IMG/VR virus record: IMGVR_UViG_3300021254_000021
Coordinates: 32,001 to 96,000 of that record
DNA from: a virus
Taxonomy: Duplodnaviria; Caudoviricetes
Length of the DNA: 64,000 nucleotides
Direction: 5' to 3' (one strand)
Shown: piece after piece, positions 57,721 through 64,000 of the stretch
How positions within the stretch are numbered: the first letter of the stretch is position 1
Layout of the letters: each line of letters begins with the position of its first letter
Made by a program: the position numbers and the translations under genes
Notes under the pieces: generated by a model
Told to the model about the DNA's origin: nothing
The model's input: the letters and a program-made list of their open reading frames with translations, nothing else
Database searches by the model: none

Positions 57721-59004
57721 ATGGCTTTCGATGTTTCCACGATAACTTTAAAAGGTGCGGAGTTATTAGCCGCCGCCACTTCCTCTGACAGATTTATTGT
57801 TGTGGGTTGTGATGCAGATACCAATGTTTTAACACAGCAACAGGCGATATACCATCCAAACCGCCCTGATTCCCCTGTATCCAATACCACAGAGGTAACA
57901 CCAATAAACCATTACACGATGAACTCTATTTATATTAGAGCTTATTTTAGAGCGGGGGAGACTACTGGTGGTAGTGTAAATACCCTATACCTTTATGGTC
58001 ATTTAGAGTCTGATTCTGCACATGACTATGTTATTTTTATAGCCTCTGCTTCTACATCTTTCCATCTACCAGAGGTAGGAGATGTTATGGATGAGTGGGA
58101 AGCAAGGTTGTCTATTAACTATAACCCTAATACAGATTCTATTGCTTATGCTACGTCTGCTACTTATGCTACTCAAGCGTCCGTAGATGCGTTAGAGGAT
58201 AGAATGGTATCTGTCCATGCTTTTAACAGCCTTACACAAGGTGATAATCAGGATATTTACGGAATAAAGACTTTTAAAAATGGAATTGAATCCCGTTATA
58301 TTTCTTTAGCAGATGACGATTATGTTTGTTTTGGTAGTAGTGATAATACTAGATTTTGGGGTGATGATGCTAGATTTATTATAGATCATGATAGTGGAGA
58401 AGGGTATAAAGAAGCATTACAAATTAGTTCAAGTGATTCTGGTAATGTTGGTACTACTTTATCCTCACATGGTTATGATCTTGAGTTTAAAGTATGTAAG
58501 CCTTATAATACTTCTTATAAAGATTTCCAAATTGCCTTAGTAAGAACAGATACATCCTCTGTACATACTCTTACAGTAGAGCCGTCGGTTGAGGGTAGTA
58601 CCTACTCTGGTTATTCCTTAAATTTAGGTTCTGCTTCAAAACCATTTAATAATGTATATGCGAATAATCTTAATGGTGTAATACCTTATCCTAGTGAGTC
58701 AGATAGCTTACCACCAGTAGGTAGTATATTTTTAGGTATAATAGAAGGTGTGAGTGGCTCTGGTGCTACACATTTAAAAGCCGGTTTTATACTAGATTAT
58801 TCTACCAATCAGGCATATTCAGAAAGAGAGTATGATATTCGTTATGCCACGGCTATGCCTATGTCTAATACATATACTCCAAACTTTAGTATTGGGGTAA
58901 GTTTGTCCACAGTTGGGACAAAGTATGTGTTATTGTGTGGAATATTCTTTAATTCAGGACAGCATGATTCTCAATTTTTAGTTTTAGTACAGAGAATACT
59001 TTAA
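57721..59004 (+). CDS. short tail fibre-like protein
   Basis: TITLKGAELLAAA tail-collar fibre N-terminus; QDIYGIKTF; NLGSASKPFNNVYANN; C-terminal PVGSIF..LVQRIL. Confidence 0.7.
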   Translation: MAFDVSTITLKGAELLAAATSSDRFIVVGCDADTNVLTQQQAIYHPNRPDSPVSNTTEVTPINHYTMNSIYIRAYFRAGETTGGSVNTLYLYGHLESDSAHDYVIFIASASTSFHLPEVGDVMDEWEARLSINYNPNTDSIAYATSATYATQASVDALEDRMVSVHAFNSLTQGDNQDIYGIKTFKNGIESRYISLADDDYVCFGSSDNTRFWGDDARFIIDHDSGEGYKEALQISSSDSGNVGTTLSSHGYDLEFKVCKPYNTSYKDFQIALVRTDTSSVHTLTVEPSVEGSTYSGYSLNLGSASKPFNNVYANNLNGVIPYPSESDSLPPVGSIFLGIIEGVSGSGATHLKAGFILDYSTNQAYSEREYDIRYATAMPMSNTYTPNFSIGVSLSTVGTKYVLLCGIFFNSGQHDSQFLVLVQRIL

Positions 59005-59064
59005 TACGAAATTCCACAGTCTATCATTTATATTAGCGGTTCTCTTTTGGGGATGGAGGTATAG

Positions 59065-59565
59065 ATGATAGACTCTTACACAGCTACCGTTGTTTTGGTA
59101 GTTTTTATTTTAGTCTTTGGATTGATTCTACCTATCTTGGATAAAGTCCCTTATGTTAAAGACTTTATCAGTCTTAGGTGGAGTTTGGTTGTTATTTATT
59201 CTGCAATGTGTCTTGGTGTTATTCTTGATTTTGAACACCTAGACACCTCTGTTAGATTTGCAGTAATAGTAGGTGGAATTATCCTTTCCGCCATATTTCT
59301 CATTGTTCGCTCTTTGGAAAAAGCGGCTGTAAATAAGTGGAAGTTTCCTAGATTTAGAGGGAAGGTACAGAGAGGTAATACCTCTGGTGAAATCTCTGTA
59401 AATCCGAAATTGGAAAATTCCAGACTTGGTGATAGGGCGAATGAACTTTCCAATTTCGTTGTCTCACAGAAAGAGGAAGACTTTGAAAAGGTAATGAATG
59501 AAACCCTGTTTATTAGGGACATAGAAGATAATAAACAGGAGAATAAAAAGGAGAGTAAAAAATGA
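59065..59565 (+). CDS. holin-like membrane protein A
   Basis: Three hydrophobic helices, charged C-terminal tail; FISLRW motif. Confidence 0.5.
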   Translation: MIDSYTATVVLVVFILVFGLILPILDKVPYVKDFISLRWSLVVIYSAMCLGVILDFEHLDTSVRFAVIVGGIILSAIFLIVRSLEKAAVNKWKFPRFRGKVQRGNTSGEISVNPKLENSRLGDRANELSNFVVSQKEEDFEKVMNETLFIRDIEDNKQENKKESKK

Positions 59566-59960
59566 TTAGTGCAAACCTCGCTCTTTGGATTTTAGTTGGT
59601 TTTATTGTGGTTTTGGCTATAGCCATTCCTCTGTTAGATTCCGTAGAGAAATTTTCCAAGTTTATTTCTCTTAGGTGGACGTGTGTATCAGTTATTCTTT
59701 TAATTATGGTTGGTGTTATCATTAACTTTAACCATCTTTCTGATAATACCCGTGATATTGTCATTCGTGGTGGCTTGATCGTTGTAGGTGTATTTCTCGT
59801 CCTTAGAACAGTGGAGAAGGTACTCTATAATGGTTGGCTAAAAGGATTTAATTTAAAAGGCTCAATAGAAAAAGGAGATTTGAAAGCTACCGCCGAACTC
59901 AATCATACTGACGATAATAAGGATGATGAGAAAAAAGATGATGGTGGAGAAGGGGAGTGA
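59562..59960 (+). CDS. holin-like membrane protein B (paralog of A)
   Basis: Same LD.V...FISLRW..F.HL...R....GG...FL..R..EK pattern. Confidence 0.5.
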   Translation: MISANLALWILVGFIVVLAIAIPLLDSVEKFSKFISLRWTCVSVILLIMVGVIINFNHLSDNTRDIVIRGGLIVVGVFLVLRTVEKVLYNGWLKGFNLKGSIEKGDLKATAELNHTDDNKDDEKKDDGGEGE

Positions 59961-60296
59961 TCTGAATTTTATTCATACCATTTTTTAAAAAGATGGGTTT
60001 TAAGGCTAAAAGATCATTTTCCTACAGGCGATAGAATCCCTTTTGAGAAAGTTGGTTTTATAAAATAAGATACATAGCGCCTATATTTGAATATTCTTCA
60101 TCTCAGATTAGATTTTCATATTTGAGTACTCTAAAAATGAAGAATATTCGGATATTTATAGGAAACCTTTTAGAATTTCCTGATTTACTACAGAGACATG
60201 TTTCATTTATTTCTATACTTTCAGTTAATTACCTAAGAATATACACACTATAAAATTCAAGGGTAATTAGAGTATAGTTTCAGAAAAACTGAAACG

Positions 60297-60337
60297 AAGG
60301 GCTGGGAGTCTAATAATCCCAAGCCCTTTCTTTTTTA
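60297..60337 (+). terminator. rho-independent terminator
   Basis: AAGGGCTGGGA..TCCCAAGCCCTT plus T tract. Confidence 0.6.
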
Positions 60338-60457
60338 TCAAAAAACCGCAAAATCGCTAGTATTCATGCGGGTTTGATTCGCTTTTTAAAGATTTTCAGA
60401 AAACGTGAATTTTTTGAAAAAGTCGCATGAATACTACACTTTAGAGAGGTTGGAGTT

Positions 60458-60646
60458 ATGGAAAATGATCTGGCTATGTATATGGACTTTAGGAAAGTGA
60501 TAGAGGAGTTTTGTTATCCCTTGTTGAAGGAGTGGTCTGGGGAAGGGTATGTGGAGATCAAGGATGGTGATGATGTAGTAGGGTTTATGATGGTATTGGA
60601 CAATTATTATGTGAATGCTCTTTATGGTGAACTACCACGCACATGA
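60458..60646 (+). pseudogene. GNAT acetyltransferase-like gene interrupted by the IS
   Basis: VVGFMMV..YVNALY; removing the IS gives NALYVKRE* (GNAT motif-A-like). Confidence 0.5.
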
Positions 60647-60800
60647 AGATTGCGTGGCTTCTCGTGCAAGTTCATCACATACCAAAACTCGTTCGGCAGT
60701 TTGATGCACAGTAAGCGAGCTATCCCCGTCGTCCCGACGGTTCAATATCCTTAGACCTTTTCTGTCTATATTCCTTGAGGCATTCAAATCTCTGTCATGC
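60611..60800 (-). ncRNA. predicted omega/reRNA of TnpB (boundaries approximate)
   Basis: Established TnpB architecture: the scaffold overlaps the 3' end of tnpB and the right end, and the guide comes from flanking DNA (CATAAAGAGCATTCAC). Confidence 0.5.
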
Positions 60801-62035
60801 ACTTCACCACAACACGGGCACACCCATTCCCTGACTTTCAATGATTTGATGCCTCTTATGCTTTTATTCTGGAAACCACAGCCTGAACATATCTGTGTCG
60901 ATGGATAAAAACGACCTATTTTAACAATAGTTCTACCATACCATTCAGCCTTATATTCAAGCATATTCACGAACCTGCTAAACGACGCATCTGCGACTGA
61001 TTTAGCAATGCAGTGATTTGCTTCCATTCCCTTGACGGATAAATCTTCTAAGCAAATCACTTGGTTTTCGCGAATAAGCCTAGTTGACAGTTTTTGCAAG
61101 AAATCTTTTCTCTGATTCTTTATCTTTTGGTGACATCGTGCCACTTTGATTCTCATCTTTTCGTGATTCTTAGAATCTTTAACAGTCTTGGCAAAAGAAC
61201 GCTGTCTCTTTGCTAGTTTTTCTTCTGCTTTTCTGAAATGCTTTGGAGCTTCAACACGTTTACCATCGGAGCAGACAATGAAGTCATGCAGACCTAAATC
61301 AATACCAACATGTTTATCTGTCTCTGGCAATTTTTCTGGTTCTTTAACCTCGCATAGCACTGATGCATAATATTCTCCACTGCGTTCATGCGAAACAACG
61401 ACGGATTTAATTTCACCTTCATGCTGTCTATGCTCAATGATTTTTACATAACCAATTTTAGGCAGTTTAAGACGATTGCCATCAAAACGAATCGATCCAT
61501 TTTGGTTATTCGTTTTATAACTTAGTCTTGAATGCTTTTTAGATTTGAACTGAGGAAATCCAAAGTGTTCAGGATTTTTGAAGAAATTTCGATATGCCTG
61601 TTCTAAATTTAGTTGTGCATTGGCAAGAGCAAGACTGTCAGCATCTTTTAAAAATGGGTAGTCGTTTTTGAATTTTGCAGGTGTAACATACAGGGTTTCT
61701 TTATATTGTTTATATTGTTTATAATGCTTTGTTTTGGCATCAAGCATGAGATTATAGACCAATCTAGCACAACCAATATTCTGGTTGATTTTATCAGCTT
61801 GTGCTTTAGTTGGATATAACCTGTATTTGAAAGCCTTTAACATCGTGGTATTTAGCCTTGAATACGTGCCTATTTTACCTCTAAAAGAGTGTGTGGCGGA
61901 CGTTAGGCTTTACGTCTTTTCGGTAGCTACCCTAGCCACACAAGTATATAGATAGAGAAATCTTTTTGATATTTCAATCTGTTTTTTGTTATTTAACCCA
62001 CGGGCAAAATGCCTCGTGGGATTTCTTTATTTAGG
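60627..62035 (-). mobile_element. IS200/IS605-family tnpB-only (IS1341-type) element
   Basis: Subterminal hairpins at both ends (CCCACG..CGTGGG; CCACGCA..TGCGTGG), right end terminating TCAC, TTTAA immediately 5' of the left end, no tnpA. Confidence 0.88.
60632..61843 (-). CDS. tnpB: RNA-guided endonuclease TnpB
   Basis: AFKYRLYPT HTH; RuvC GIDLG, LEDL, DRDLNA; Zn ribbon CSGCG..CPCCG. Confidence 0.95.
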   Translation of the reverse strand: MLKAFKYRLYPTKAQADKINQNIGCARLVYNLMLDAKTKHYKQYKQYKETLYVTPAKFKNDYPFLKDADSLALANAQLNLEQAYRNFFKNPEHFGFPQFKSKKHSRLSYKTNNQNGSIRFDGNRLKLPKIGYVKIIEHRQHEGEIKSVVVSHERSGEYYASVLCEVKEPEKLPETDKHVGIDLGLHDFIVCSDGKRVEAPKHFRKAEEKLAKRQRSFAKTVKDSKNHEKMRIKVARCHQKIKNQRKDFLQKLSTRLIRENQVICLEDLSVKGMEANHCIAKSVADASFSRFVNMLEYKAEWYGRTIVKIGRFYPSTQICSGCGFQNKSIRGIKSLKVREWVCPCCGEVHDRDLNASRNIDRKGLRILNRRDDGDSSLTVHQTAERVLVCDELAREATQSSCAW

Positions 62036-62114
62036 TTAAAAGAGAGTAAGAATAAGTAAGTTATTCTAGCTATTATCTAATCTAAGTGTTTGCTCTTATA
62101 GAGAGGAGTTGGTC

Positions 62115-62477
62115 ATGTTAGAAAAGATGGAACAAAACAGTTTGGAGAATGTCAGAGACAGCCTCTTATTCTTCTTTGATGATATAGAGGAAATGAGAAA
62201 GGAGTTTCTGGATAAAGAATCCCGACAATTCTTTGAATCATTAAAGAATAAATTTAGGGATAAAGTACAAGGGATTTTAGACGCTGTACAATCTAAGATA
62301 AAAGATGGGTCTCTTCCTTTAAAGGAAATATCGGATTCAGACGAATACAAGAAACTTAGATCTTTTTGTACAGACCTGATTTTCTTTTTGATGCAGAAAA
62401 AGAAAGAGTGTAAGGCATTAAGCAAGAAACTCAATGCTCTATTTCAGTTTTTGTGTACCCACCTAGAAAACAAATAA
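62115..62477 (+). CDS. hypothetical helical protein
   Basis: GAGGAG RBS, TATCTA at 62074. Confidence 0.55.
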   Translation: MLEKMEQNSLENVRDSLLFFFDDIEEMRKEFLDKESRQFFESLKNKFRDKVQGILDAVQSKIKDGSLPLKEISDSDEYKKLRSFCTDLIFFLMQKKKECKALSKKLNALFQFLCTHLENK

Positions 62478-62559
62478 GGTTCTATCTACTAAAAAGGGTA
62501 ACAAACCTAACTCTCTAAGGTTTCCTTAGATATATACACCCCTTATAAGGAGGAAAATT

Positions 62560-63336
62560 ATGGCAGATGTAAATTCCGTTAATCCCGTATTCGTTAATTT
62601 CGGTACGCTTGATCCTAATGTCACAGTCACATTCAAAGCTGATAGCGAAAGTGCGGCTGTCGAACAGAAAGGTGCTGAGCTTCTTGAAAAACTGGGTGAG
62701 CCCAATGGCGCTCGCTTTGGTTATGGTGTTGGCTATGCAGGTCTTCCTTATGTCAACAATGTAATCATGGACAGTGGTTGGGATGGCCCGAACATTCCTT
62801 TCCATTCAGAATTAGCAGGTGTTCCTTGGGGTCGTGCAGTTCTTTGCACGGGTAAGAAAACAGCCGCTTCTGGTGATGACCTCGCTAAAATCGAGCTTGA
62901 AGCGATTGATCCTAAGCACATTCATGGTACGTGCTATGGTACAACCATTAAAGATAGCAGTGTTCAGTTGAATTGTGGATTCTCTGTTGCCGCAGGTGCT
63001 GATCCTATAGCTTCTGATGCTACAAATGGTCTGTACATTGCTGTTATGGCACGTGCGGAATATAATGCTTCTGATGAATCTTGGACTATTGGTACAGGTG
63101 AGACTGTTGTTGCCCTTTCCGAAGCAATTGATCCTTCCGTCTTTAGCGTTGGTGATGGTAACACCCTCAAGTTCAACATTCCAGAGGCTACTGGTGGTTA
63201 CACCTTCACAGCCCGTGGTACACTGGCAAAAGCTCCATTCGTTCGTAGAGTTACCAATTACACCTCTATGAATGATAAAGTTTCATCCTATCCAACCTCA
63301 CAGGCTATTCTTGATGCCAAAGTGAATGCCGGTTAA
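62560..63336 (+). CDS. probable abundant virion protein (decoration-type)
   Basis: AAGGAGG RBS, TATCTA at 62483, own terminator, capsid-like codon bias (AAC/TTC/ATC). Confidence 0.55.
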   Translation: MADVNSVNPVFVNFGTLDPNVTVTFKADSESAAVEQKGAELLEKLGEPNGARFGYGVGYAGLPYVNNVIMDSGWDGPNIPFHSELAGVPWGRAVLCTGKKTAASGDDLAKIELEAIDPKHIHGTCYGTTIKDSSVQLNCGFSVAAGADPIASDATNGLYIAVMARAEYNASDESWTIGTGETVVALSEAIDPSVFSVGDGNTLKFNIPEATGGYTFTARGTLAKAPFVRRVTNYTSMNDKVSSYPTSQAILDAKVNAG

Positions 63337-63361
63337 TTTAAGTCTTTAAATTAACTCTTTT

Positions 63362-63397
63362 AGCCCCATAAGGATTTTATCTTTGTGGGGCTTTTTT
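63362..63397 (+). terminator. rho-independent terminator
   Basis: AGCCCCATAAGGAT-TTT-ATCTTTGTGGGGCTTTTTT. Confidence 0.8.
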
Positions 63398-63480
63398 GTA
63401 GTATTGCGTATAATAATCTGTGCTTTAGACACGCTATCTATTCTAAGGTGTGTTTACTTAATTTAGTGTAGGAGAGACAA

Positions 63481-64000
63481 ATGGGTATTTATACTGATTA
63501 TGGCCGTTTTATGAAGGCTAGAGAATTTAAGAATTGGTGTAACAGTGGTGCGGGGATTTGGTTTGGATTCAGTATTGGCTCTCCTCGTTGGGATGAGCTT
63601 GTTACACCTGTGGGTGGTAATTCCCGTCCTTTTGTCCCTCCCTCACAACCCGCCGCATATACCCCTCTATATCGTTGGCACAGACAGTATAAAGCAGACA
63701 AGGATAATGCACATGACTGGCCTTCACTCTATGATCTCCAACCGCAGGAAATGGAGTTATTAGACCGTTCTTTTGGTACGGATGAAGCACCTAGTGGGTC
63801 GGGTTTAACTCCACCATGCTATCCTAATAATGCACAGATAAAGAATGATCCTGACTGTCCTACAGATTATATGTCCCCTGCAATTAACGTGTATCATAAT
63901 GATTCACGAACATTAGAGACGTTTTTGTGGCAGGGAATGGACACACCAACAAGACAATACCCATCCCCATTTATTCCGCCTTTCCCAGTCTCTTATAGGA
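63481..64000 (+). CDS. 3'-truncated baseplate wedge protein (T4 gp8-like)
   Basis: AGGAG RBS; MGIYTDYGRFMKAREF..IWFGFSIGSPRWDE..PP; frame open to the window end. Confidence 0.55.
   Translation, partial: MGIYTDYGRFMKAREFKNWCNSGAGIWFGFSIGSPRWDELVTPVGGNSRPFVPPSQPAAYTPLYRWHRQYKADKDNAHDWPSLYDLQPQEMELLDRSFGTDEAPSGSGLTPPCYPNNAQIKNDPDCPTDYMSPAINVYHNDSRTLETFLWQGMDTPTRQYPSPFIPPFPVSYR

Noticed and set aside
60632-61843. Nuclease-dead TnpB (TldR) or Cas12f
   Set aside because: RuvC D-E-D is intact, IS ends are present, and there is no CRISPR array.
1-64000. Stop-codon reassignment
   Set aside because: Genes are full length in the standard code, and TAA, TGA and TAG all end genes.
1-64000. tRNA, rRNA, terminase or portal genes
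   Set aside because: None recognised by eye; terminase and portal are presumably elsewhere in the genome.

Overview
A 64-kb, AT-rich segment of a large T4-like (contractile-tailed) bacteriophage genome, almost entirely + strand, covering most of the virion morphogenesis module. Head genes: gp21-like prohead protease with a long coiled-coil extension and a gp23-like major capsid protein. Tail genes: fibres (including a 3111-aa repeat-rich one) and chaperone, two tandem sheath paralogs, gp19-like tube, tape measure with NlpC/P60. Baseplate genes: gp53-, hub-, gp5-, gp25-, gp6-, gp7- and gp8-like. Two holin-like paralogs follow. The main accessory features are: (i) three free-standing genes, plus one scar, that join Zn-finger repeat arrays, a Vsr/DUF559-type nuclease and a C-terminal domain carrying the motifs of the Mom-type DNA-modifying GNAT; (ii) unrelated proteins sharing an N-terminal M-x-K-L-[KRV]-[RK]-x(1-2)-E leader, likely capsid-targeted cargo, including an ADP-ribosyltransferase-like protein and an acidic DNA-mimic candidate; (iii) an IS200/IS605-family tnpB-only element and a 102-bp miniature made only of its two ends, both at TTTAA sites; (iv) a recurring intergenic TATCTA late-promoter candidate; (v) strong avoidance of GCWGC. 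I found no CRISPR array, tRNA, rRNA, reverse transcriptase, terminase or portal. All family assignments are by-eye motif recognition, not database searches.
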